From an uncultured cyanobacterium (GTDB lineage Bacteria; Cyanobacteriota; Cyanobacteriia; Phormidesmidales; Phormidesmidaceae): DNA of 64,000 nucleotides. Shown here one piece after another: positions 1 through 8,192 of this stretch. A model generated the notes under the pieces. It was not told the origin of the DNA and made no database searches. It worked only from the letters and a program-made list of their open reading frames with translations. The position numbers and the translations under genes were made by a program. The DNA lies in the NCBI GenBank assembly GCA_963793265.1, contig CAWBZI010000007.1:192001-256000 (forward strand), written 5' to 3'. Within the stretch, counting starts at the first letter, position 1. Each line of letters starts with the position of its first letter.

Positions 1-934
1 CTATCAACATAATCCCAGAGGGCTGTTAGTACATAGAGATGAGCTAGATGGCTTGTTTAAAAGTGATAATAAATATCGTGGTGGGAAAGGAGATGATTCA
101 CAGAAATGGCTATCTCTTTACAGCGGTAAACCTATCAAAGTCAATCGAAAGGGAATTGAAAGCGACAAATTACAACTCAATAAAACGACTGTATCAGTTA
201 CAGGTACTATTCAGCCTGAGATATTAAGACAGTATCTCAAAGGAATTCAAACCCATAGTGGATTTAATTCAAGGTGGTTATTCTGTAGTTCTCAAATGCC
301 TTCTGCGAAATATACCGGTAAAGATTCTCCAGATGTTAGGGATATTTTGACGCAGCTCTATTTGGCATTGGGAAAAGTCCCAGATGGTTCTACGTTTGTA
401 TTTTCTAGCGAGGCTAAAGATTGCTTTGTTAGAGACTGGCATGACCCTATTGTCGAAAGAATAGAGCAAGAGCAAAATCCTTTTATTCAGGCTATTCTAG
501 CCAAGATGAAAGGGTATTGTGCCAAGATAGCTTCGATTATCCATTGCATTAATGAGGCCATTGCAACTAGCCATAACAATTCAGAAACTGCCATAGATAT
601 CTCGAAAGAAATATCCTTAGAGACGATTCAAAAGGCAATAGCCCTATCTTTTTTCTATGTAGCCCAAGCAGAAAAGATTTATGGAGTAGTAAGAGAAACT
701 CAAAACCCCACATACGATGTCTGGATGATTCTGAAACAGCTATCTGAAGACAGTGGCGGATGGATAAAAGCTAGAGATGCTGGTCAGAAAACCAAAAGGA
801 TTAAGGGAGCAGACAACTTCCGTAAACTATTTCAGAGTATGGCTTCTGATGGGTTTGGAGAAGTCCAAGGTGAAGGAAAAAACCTTGAGTGGAGGTATGG
901 AGAGTCTATAGAAATAGCTTCTACACTTCTGTAA
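1..934 (+). CDS. DUF3987 (YfjI-like, primase/helicase-associated) protein, 5'-partial
   Basis: Frame is open from base 2 (YQHNPRGLLVHRDELDGLFKS...), followed by motifs typical of DUF3987 (DxQxWLSLYSG, VSVTGTIQP, SGFNSRWLF). Family is common in integrative elements. Confidence 0.75.
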   Translation, partial: YQHNPRGLLVHRDELDGLFKSDNKYRGGKGDDSQKWLSLYSGKPIKVNRKGIESDKLQLNKTTVSVTGTIQPEILRQYLKGIQTHSGFNSRWLFCSSQMPSAKYTGKDSPDVRDILTQLYLALGKVPDGSTFVFSSEAKDCFVRDWHDPIVERIEQEQNPFIQAILAKMKGYCAKIASIIHCINEAIATSHNNSETAIDISKEISLETIQKAIALSFFYVAQAEKIYGVVRETQNPTYDVWMILKQLSEDSGGWIKARDAGQKTKRIKGADNFRKLFQSMASDGFGEVQGEGKNLEWRYGESIEIASTLL

Positions 935-962
935 AACGCTGAAAGTATTGTAGCTTAAAGGC

Positions 963-1002
963 TTAGCTGTAGAGCTACTGCTAGAAATAGCTCTACAGCT
1001 AA
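963..1002. repeat. Perfect 15-bp inverted repeat with 10-nt loop
   Basis: TTAGCTGTAGAGCTA (963-977) and TAGCTCTACAGCTAA (988-1002), between convergent genes. Confidence 0.85.
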
Positions 1003-1096
1003 ACAGAATTTTCGTATGTCAAAATGTGTTAACAAGCGCATCTATACTTTCTATATCGGTGCCTTACGGATTGCGCTGAGTCTCTCCATATCATTT

Positions 1097-1744
1097 CTAT
1101 GCTTTCACATGGACTATCCCAGGAAGTCTTAGCATGCAACTTAAGTTTGCGTTTTTGGGAATTCCACTTGAGTTCAATCGAGTTTTACTAGCCGAGAAAA
1201 AAATTTGCTTCCTTGCTCTAGTTACACCTACATAAAATACGCTCAATTCTTCCAAGAATGGTTTTCTGTTTTTATCGCTCACTGTTAAGTTGCAACTATT
1301 TTTATAATTGCAACTTCCACAAAGCCCGCGCCAGTTAGGAATAGAATATTGTTCCATGTCTGGCATTAAGACGTAGTCCCATTCTAGTCCTTTTGCTCCG
1401 TGGATCGTTGAAATAATAACGCTTCTATCAATATATTCCATGTTTTGTTTCAAGGTTTTATTGTCAAAGGTATCTCTTATTAGGACTACTTTGTCCTCAG
1501 CACTCAAAAAGGAATAATCAGTTGATACCCTATCTAAAAATACTCGTAGTAGATTCAGTAACGACGCTATGACAGGTTTTCCACTATCTCTAAATGTTTT
1601 TTCAACTCGAAGGCATAATTTTCCTAGACTTCCTTTTGAAATCTTAATGCCTTCTCTTAATTGATCAGTAAACTGAGAGGAACACTCTCTATGAAATAAC
1701 AAGTAGTCTGGGTCATCATCTACAAAGAGGGCATAAAAATAAGG
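1097..1744 (-). pseudogene. UvrD/Rep-like SF1 helicase C-terminal fragment, truncated by IS1
   Basis: Motifs STIHGAKGLEWD and FYVGVTRARK present. The frame stays open up to the IS end at 1745. No N-terminal Walker A half on the other side of the IS. Confidence 0.85.
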
Positions 1745-1785
1745 GGTAGTCCTTAACGTGTAAGGATAATTCTATCGATTAGGCG

Positions 1786-2154
1786 ATGCGATCGCACAAA
1801 CGATTGGGTGATAATAGTAACGTTGCAACCTTAACTTTTCTAGTGACTTCCGCTCTTCCAACCTGCCCTGATTGCCATTCTGATTCTGTTGTTAAGAATG
1901 GATTTATTCACAACGGCAAGCAAAATCATCTGTGTAAAGACTGCGGACGACAATTCGTCAAAGACCCGCAGAATAAGGTGATTAGCGATGAGACGAAGGC
2001 GTTGATAGACAAACTATTGCTAGAGAAAATACCGCTGGCTGGGATTGCTAGAGTGGCTGATGTTTCTGAGGTATGGCTACAAGGTTACGTGAATAAGAAA
2101 TATGCATCGGTACCGCGCGAAGTCAACGTGCGGGCCAAAAAAAGGGGCGATTGA
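1786..2154 (+). CDS. insA: IS1 InsA (zinc finger + HTH); likely start GTG 1843
   Basis: CPDC...VKNG...GKQNHLCKDCGRQF zinc ribbon followed by an HTH. Confidence 0.9.
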   Translation: MRSHKRLGDNSNVATLTFLVTSALPTCPDCHSDSVVKNGFIHNGKQNHLCKDCGRQFVKDPQNKVISDETKALIDKLLLEKIPLAGIARVADVSEVWLQGYVNKKYASVPREVNVRAKKRGD

Positions 2155-2564
2155 CCATCCAATGCGATGAGATGTGGTCATTCGTGGGCAACAAAGGCAA
2201 CAAACAGTGGGTATGGCTGGCGATAGATATTGAAAGTCGAGAAGTTGTAGGGCTCTACATCGGTCGTCGAAGTCGAGTCGGTGCGCGTGGGCTATGGGCC
2301 ACACTGCCTCCCGTCTATCGGCAGTGTGCTGTGGCCTATACTGACTTCTGGGAAGCTTATGAACAGGTAATTCCAAGCAAACGGCATCGAGCAGTAGGGA
2401 AGGAAACGGGACTGACCAATCGGATTGAACGACTCAACTGTACCCTGCGTCAACGTATCTCTAGATTAGTGCGTAAAACGCTCTCATTTTCTAAAAAGTT
2501 GGAGAATCATATAGGCGCTATCTGGTACTTCATCCATCACTACAACGCATCCTTACCGCTTTAG
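2151..2564 (+). CDS. insB: IS1 InsB DDE domain, expressed via -1 frameshift
   Basis: CDEMWSFVG, YTDFWEAY, TNRIERLNCTLRQR motifs. Lies in the -1 frame relative to insA. Confidence 0.9.
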   Translation: MTIQCDEMWSFVGNKGNKQWVWLAIDIESREVVGLYIGRRSRVGARGLWATLPPVYRQCAVAYTDFWEAYEQVIPSKRHRAVGKETGLTNRIERLNCTLRQRISRLVRKTLSFSKKLENHIGAIWYFIHHYNASLPL

Positions 2565-2753
2565 GACTACCATGACCTAATTACTATAACGAACTACATA
2601 CGTATTAGGTTTTCTTTTTTCTAATTATACTGAGTCTCAAAATATACTGATGCTACAATGGAACAGTTAGCTATTTAGACGATGAGATTCATGAAAAGTA
2701 TCATTTTAATTAGGGCAGTATAAAGATACATTTACCGTACCAAATAACTTCTC

Positions 2754-3818
2754 ATGCAACTTCTGCGTAAAAGAACTATTAAATCTGATTCCGATGCAAG
2801 TAACACTGGTAGTCTTCAAGAACAGCTTGAAGAGAAAATGTTTAATCTTTTTGGACAGGTAGTAGAGAAGCGAAGCGACTATTATGACTCCCATCAAAAT
2901 GAGTTGCCAACAATTCAAAGTCTTCCTACACTAACCAAATATTGTGGCAATCAAAATGCTGCGATTTCCGGTGGTGCTAGCTTAGTTCCTGGGCCTTTAG
3001 ACATGGTGGCAGTAGTTCCCGAAATCACGTGGATTATCAAAAATCAAGTGGAGATGGTCTACGATATTGGCGTTGCATACGGTTACAGAAAGCAATTATC
3101 ACCTGAACTCCTTGCCAGCGTAGTCGGGTATGCATTAGGCGCAGGCACTCTAGGTCTAATAGCGCTACATGGACAAAAAGTGCTGGTAAAAAGAGCATCG
3201 CTTAGACTAATGCAAAAGCTCGTTAAGCTGATGGCAGGAAAAGTATCACAGAGACTACTCAAATCTATGGTGGGTAAGTGGGTTCCCGTTGCTGGTGCTG
3301 TTGCTTTAGCAGCATGGTCTAAATATTCAACACATGCAGTAGCTAAAAAGGCTATCTCTATTTTCGAGAAAGAATTTGTATTTTCTGATGATGAGGTAGG
3401 TCTTGAAGGGTATATGGAAAATCAGGATTCTTTAGAAGTATCAAAGGGCAATAGCTCAGGTACAGAGAGTCGAATCGAAAAAGCGAAGATTGAATCGCTT
3501 ATTAGCCTTATGCGTATAGACGGAGAAATTAAGTCAGAAGAACAAAAATTTATCGGACTCATTATTGAGGATTCTACTGTTCCTGATGGTGAGAGGATTG
3601 ACCTAATCAAGAAGATGAATCAAACTACCAAGTTGCAAGTCGATTATTCAGAAATCAAGAAGTCACCTGAAGATGCCGTCAGTCTGACTATTGATTTGGT
3701 AGCTCTATCGAAACAAGATGGTGAGTTTCACATTTCTGAGAAGATGTTCATTAAACAAGTAGGCAAAATGGTGGGCATGTCTCAAGACGACTTATCCGAA
3801 GTCATGTTGGCCTCATAG
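2754..3818 (+). CDS. EcsC-like protein with C-terminal TerB-like domain
   Basis: EcsC-like hydrophobic core (AISGGASLVPG...GKWVPVAGA). Two TerB-type DG-x(4-5)-E motifs (RIDGEIKSEE, KQDGEFHISE). Confidence 0.6.
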   Translation: MQLLRKRTIKSDSDASNTGSLQEQLEEKMFNLFGQVVEKRSDYYDSHQNELPTIQSLPTLTKYCGNQNAAISGGASLVPGPLDMVAVVPEITWIIKNQVEMVYDIGVAYGYRKQLSPELLASVVGYALGAGTLGLIALHGQKVLVKRASLRLMQKLVKLMAGKVSQRLLKSMVGKWVPVAGAVALAAWSKYSTHAVAKKAISIFEKEFVFSDDEVGLEGYMENQDSLEVSKGNSSGTESRIEKAKIESLISLMRIDGEIKSEEQKFIGLIIEDSTVPDGERIDLIKKMNQTTKLQVDYSEIKKSPEDAVSLTIDLVALSKQDGEFHISEKMFIKQVGKMVGMSQDDLSEVMLAS

Positions 3819-4186
3819 TTTGACATCTTCAAATTAGAGGTGTTTGCAAGATACTAATGTCAATGTAGTGATCTCATTAAGGGTTTATGTGCAGTGGTAA
3901 TTGTAGGTTTATTAGTACTTAATTGTACTGTCTAAGCTAATCTTAGCCAGGAAAACGACGCGCTAAACCTGTCTAAGACCTTATAAGACCCTAGTTATAG
4001 GAAAACTCTATCAAGCTCCTCTTTACTAAAATAGATTCAGTAGAGAAGGGCTAATCCATCTCATACCTATTTTCATACAGACAAGAATACTCGATTTATC
4101 CAGTTGAGCTATTAATGTTTGGGAGAGAAGTGCTAGATTCTACAGACTTGATACGCTAGAACCCTTATGTAAAAAGCAAGATACCA

Positions 4187-4229
4187 ATCGATGTCAACGA
4201 TGCGCTCTAACCAACTGAGCTATACGTCC
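4187..4229 (-). tRNA. tRNA-Val(GAC) 5' half only (integration-site fragment)
   Basis: Minus strand reads GGACGTA-TA-GCTC-AGTTGGTTA-GAGC-G-CATCG-TTGACAT-CGAT, then diverges. No T-arm or 3' acceptor strand follows. Confidence 0.88.
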
Positions 4230-4330
4230 TTAGTGGAAACTGGGCATAGCATGGCGGTTGCCTCCTATGCAAGTATGGATTTTGTTGAGGCAAAACTGCA
4301 CATGACGAAAGTTTAGTCTACTGGGAGTAT

Positions 4331-5173
4331 TTGATTTTGAGACGTTTGGTGTGGGGAATAGGCGCGATCGCACTACTCTATCTCGGGGCCTGCATAGCGC
4401 TATGGGCCTATCAGCCACGAATGATATTTTTCCCTGATGCTTTGGTGAAGAGTAGGCCAACTGAGGTAGGGCTAGCTTACGAAGACATAGAGCTGCAAGT
4501 TCAGGGCGATACTGTGCATGGATGGTGGATTCCGGCGGTGGGTGAGACGGCCCCGGTTGTGCTGTACCTGCATGGGAATGGCAGCAACGTGGGGGATTTG
4601 GTGGCGCGGGCGCAAAGGTTTCATGAGTGGAATTACAATGTGCTGCTGATCGACTATCGAGGGTATGGGCGTAGCAGCGGAAAGTTTCCGAATGAGCGGC
4701 GGGTGTATGAGGATGCTGAGGCAGCTTGGCAATATCTGACGCAGGAGCGGCAGGTGGCGGCAGAGCGGATTGTGATTTTTGGTCAGTCTTTGGGGGGAGC
4801 GATCGCAGTGCAGCTAGCGAGCCAAAAAAACGATGCAGCGGGGCTGATAGTCGAGTCGTCTTTTACGTCTATGAGAGAGATGGTGGGGCACTCATATTCG
4901 CGGCTACCGTCGCTGGTGCCAGTGAATTTGATTTTGACGCAGCGGTTTGATTCTTTGGCGAAGGTGCGATCGCTCAAAATGCCCTTACTGCTGCTGCATG
5001 GCACCGAAGATCAGATGGTACCGGCCAGGATGAGCCAGGCTTTGTACGATGCGGCAGGCGGTGAGAAGTCATTGGTGTGGCTTGAAGGCGGTGGGCACAA
5101 CGATTTGCCTTATAGAGAAGGGAGTGAGTATGCAGATAGTATTAGAGCCTTCGTCGAGCGGTATGCTAAGTAG
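4331..5173 (+). CDS. Alpha/beta hydrolase (Bem46/ABHD13-like), N-terminal membrane anchor
   Basis: YLHGNG, DYRGYG, GQSLGG nucleophile, HGTED and GGHND catalytic triad motifs. Confidence 0.85.
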   Translation: MILRRLVWGIGAIALLYLGACIALWAYQPRMIFFPDALVKSRPTEVGLAYEDIELQVQGDTVHGWWIPAVGETAPVVLYLHGNGSNVGDLVARAQRFHEWNYNVLLIDYRGYGRSSGKFPNERRVYEDAEAAWQYLTQERQVAAERIVIFGQSLGGAIAVQLASQKNDAAGLIVESSFTSMREMVGHSYSRLPSLVPVNLILTQRFDSLAKVRSLKMPLLLLHGTEDQMVPARMSQALYDAAGGEKSLVWLEGGGHNDLPYREGSEYADSIRAFVERYAK

Positions 5174-5198
5174 CAATTAATCGATTGCGCCTACTACG

Positions 5199-6833
5199 AT
5201 GAGCCGTATTGCAGCCAACTCACACTCTCAGCGTCGCCTCTGGAGCTGGATTGTTGTCATCCTTTTATGTTTGGGCGTTTTGTTTCGAGTGTCCTATCTC
5301 GATCGGCCTGTGTACTGGGTGGATGAGGTGGCAACGTCTATGCGGGTGTCGGGGTATACGCACGCGGATGTGCGGGAGCAGGTGGCGACAGGGTTGCCGG
5401 TTACGGTGGCGGATTTGCAGACGTTTCAGATGATTAGGGGCGATCGCCCCCGTTCAGATTTGTCGCGAGTGCTTACCCAAAGCCCAGAACATGCGCCGCT
5501 TTATTTTGTATTAGCCAGGTTTTGGGCAGAGGCATTGGGTGGTTCTGTTGTGGTGATGCGAAGCTTGCCCGTGTTGTTTGGGTTGTTGGCCTTCCCGGCA
5601 ATGTATGGACTAGGGAGAGCGCTGTTTCAAAAGCATCAAGGGCGGCATTTGATTGGGCTAAGTGCGATGGGGCTGCTAGCGATTTCTCCCTTTTTTGTAG
5701 CCTACTCGCAGGAGGCGCGGCCCTATAGCCTTTGGATACTGCTGCTGTTGCTGGTGAGTCAGTTTTTAGCGCGATCGCTCCAATCAAACCGCTGGCAGTG
5801 GTGGCTCAGCTACGCCCTTTCTCTTATTCTATGTTTGTACACCTCCCTGCTAACGGTGCTTGTTGTCTTTGGTCAGGGGCTAGCGGTGATAGCTTTTCAT
5901 CCCAAACGACGGCTCTCCTATACGATTGTGACAGGGGCTTCGCTGGTCGCGCTTCTACCCTGGGTAGTTGTGGTGTTTACCCACTGGACGAAGCTACAGA
6001 GCAATACGGTTTGGATGCAGGTGCCAACAACAATATGGGCGATTTTAGGCACATGGTTTTATAGCCTAGCAGTGCTGTTCTTTGATGTGCCAGTGGCGGT
6101 AAATCCAGTGCTATTCGTGATGGAAGTGGTTGCAGCAACGCTAACGCTAGCGGTAATTGGCTATGCTTTTTACCACCTCATCCGCAGCGCACCTCGTTCT
6201 GTAATAGGATTCTTTTTGGCAGGGACGTTTTCAATCCCGCTGATGCTGTTGTTAATTGACATTGTTCGTGACGGACAGGCCGCTGCTACGCCCAGATACC
6301 TGATGCCGACTCATATAGGTGCTTTGGTGGCAACGGCTTATCTAATAGGCGATCGCCTTTTTGCAGCGAATAATTTGACAGGAAATCAGACAGCTAAGCT
6401 GTCAACTAAGCAGTGGAATAGTGCGATCGCCTTACTCCTATCCGTCAGCCTATTGTCTTGCATTATCGGTCTGAATAAAGACTCTCCCTATCTAAAAAGT
6501 CGCAACCTGAGCAACGCAGGAATTATAGCCGAGCTAAACAACGTCCAATTTGTTCAGCTTGTCACAACGCCCTACTACATTCAAGATGTGATCTCTTTAA
6601 GCTATCGGTTAAATCCTGACATCAGCATCTATTTCTTACCCGAGAAAAGCGACCCCGGCGAGCTACTGACAAAAGTTGTGAGCCTAAATAAGCCCACCTT
6701 CTTGTTTACACCTTCAGAAGAGCTGAAAGCAGTTGTAAAAGAGAATCAGTTCGGTAATTTGCGATCCGTCTTCGAGCCTGCACCTCTCATTTCAGGAGAC
6801 TACGGTCTGACGCTTTGGAGGCTTGAATCATGA
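5199..6833 (+). CDS. GT-C fold glycosyltransferase (GT39/PMT/ArnT-like)
   Basis: YWVDE motif after TM1, EHAPLYF, YSQEARPYSL, many TM helices. Confidence 0.85.
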   Translation: MSRIAANSHSQRRLWSWIVVILLCLGVLFRVSYLDRPVYWVDEVATSMRVSGYTHADVREQVATGLPVTVADLQTFQMIRGDRPRSDLSRVLTQSPEHAPLYFVLARFWAEALGGSVVVMRSLPVLFGLLAFPAMYGLGRALFQKHQGRHLIGLSAMGLLAISPFFVAYSQEARPYSLWILLLLLVSQFLARSLQSNRWQWWLSYALSLILCLYTSLLTVLVVFGQGLAVIAFHPKRRLSYTIVTGASLVALLPWVVVVFTHWTKLQSNTVWMQVPTTIWAILGTWFYSLAVLFFDVPVAVNPVLFVMEVVAATLTLAVIGYAFYHLIRSAPRSVIGFFLAGTFSIPLMLLLIDIVRDGQAAATPRYLMPTHIGALVATAYLIGDRLFAANNLTGNQTAKLSTKQWNSAIALLLSVSLLSCIIGLNKDSPYLKSRNLSNAGIIAELNNVQFVQLVTTPYYIQDVISLSYRLNPDISIYFLPEKSDPGELLTKVVSLNKPTFLFTPSEELKAVVKENQFGNLRSVFEPAPLISGDYGLTLWRLES

Positions 6834-8065
6834 AGATTGCAATTATTAGCTCTGGGTTTTTGCCGGTTGTTGATGGGGTGACGGTAGCCCTTTACCAGCG
6901 GCTGCGAGTGCTGAGCGAATTGAAACACGAGGTATTAGTGCTATGTCCAGACTATGCATCGATTGAGTCAGTCTATCCTAGTTGGCGCGATTATCAGGGC
7001 GAGGTTTTACCGGGGGTGCAGGTAAAGGGGGTGCCGAGCGAGCCTTTCATGGGGGTGGCGTTTGAGCGGAATATGAGCGGGAAGGCTAATCAGGTGTTGC
7101 AGCAGACGCTAAAGGCTTTTAATCCAGATGTTGTGCATGTAGACGAGCCCGATCGGCTGTTTTTAGGGCTATTGAAAGCGCCTGGTGTTGCTTATGCTAA
7201 GAGAAACCACGTTCCCTGTCTGGGGTTCTATCATACGAACTTCATTGACTATATCGAAGACTTTTTGCCGCTGCGGGGCGTTGCAATTTCTTTTTTGCAG
7301 TGGGTTTCGATGTTGTTTATACGGCCCGTGCTGCACGCTTACGATGCGATTTTGGTGTCTAGTCCGGCAGCAGAGGCTAGGCTAAAACAATTGCGAGTGA
7401 AGGGCGTGGTGTGCGATCGCTTCTTAGGCGTAGACACAGCAGCCTTTGACGCGCAGACACGCCAGCCCAATTTCTTCAAAGCACAGTACGGCATTAACGA
7501 CATTGACAACAAAGTAAAAATAGTCTTCTTAGGGCGGCTGACGCCTGATAAAGGCTGGCAGTTTACGCTGAAGGCTTTGGCGGCTTGGATGAAAGATCCT
7601 GCGAATCAAGCGATCGCCTCTCAGATGGCAATCGTAATTGTAGGCAGCGGCGAGCTAAAAGTCGAAATTGAATCAAAACTACAGTCTCTGGGGCTAACGG
7701 CTTATTTCCTGGGACGGATTGCGCCTGATGCGGTGCCTGCTCTGCTGGTGAATAGTGATATTCATGTGACGACTTCTGAAAAGGAGACGCTGGGGTTGAC
7801 GATATTAGAGGCTTTTGCGGCAGGGATTCCAGCGATCGCGCCCAATGCAGGCGGCGTCACAACGCTTATGCGCGACGGTGAGAACGGGCTGTTGTTCGAG
7901 CCTCAGAATATCGAGAGTTTTGGGCGATCGCTCTCAATGCTGGTCGTAAATGAGGGAATGCGGCAGCAGATGGGCGATCGCGGAAGACGAGATGTCGAGC
8001 CCTACAGTTGGCGCGTGGTGGTGAATAATTTGATCGAGGTCTGGAAAGCTTACATACCCGACTGA
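6830..8065 (+). CDS. GT4 glycosyltransferase, SqdX-like paralogue
   Basis: FLPVVDGV N-terminus, YHT, GRL..DKG, ETLGLTILEA (EX7E). ATGA overlap with the upstream gene. Confidence 0.88.
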   Translation: MKIAIISSGFLPVVDGVTVALYQRLRVLSELKHEVLVLCPDYASIESVYPSWRDYQGEVLPGVQVKGVPSEPFMGVAFERNMSGKANQVLQQTLKAFNPDVVHVDEPDRLFLGLLKAPGVAYAKRNHVPCLGFYHTNFIDYIEDFLPLRGVAISFLQWVSMLFIRPVLHAYDAILVSSPAAEARLKQLRVKGVVCDRFLGVDTAAFDAQTRQPNFFKAQYGINDIDNKVKIVFLGRLTPDKGWQFTLKALAAWMKDPANQAIASQMAIVIVGSGELKVEIESKLQSLGLTAYFLGRIAPDAVPALLVNSDIHVTTSEKETLGLTILEAFAAGIPAIAPNAGGVTTLMRDGENGLLFEPQNIESFGRSLSMLVVNEGMRQQMGDRGRRDVEPYSWRVVVNNLIEVWKAYIPD

Positions 8066-8192
8066 ATATGGAACCAGCGCCTTCCAAATCTGGCTAATTT
8101 TATGGAACCTTGTCTTGACAGCGCCGTTCTTTCAGTTTAGTTAGATATATACAGTCAGCTCTAAAAGTACGCATTCACAAACTTCCTCACGC

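Larger units (their letters stand above)
1745..2571 (+). mobile_element. IS1-family insertion sequence (827 bp)
   Basis: Terminal IRs GGTAGTCCTTAA (1745) and TTTAGGACTACC (ending 2571). insA/insB ORFs joined by an A7G4 slippery run at 2137-2147. Confidence 0.93.
1..4186. mobile_element. End of a tRNA-Val-targeted genomic island (extends beyond window start)
   Basis: Visibly AT-rich, HIP1 seen only inside the IS, DUF3987/helicase cargo, boundary at the tRNA fragment. Confidence 0.75.

Noticed and set aside
8115..8150. TTGACA upstream of the PKS as a sigma-70 promoter
   Set aside because: No good -10 hexamer at 16-18 bp spacing, so it cannot be supported.
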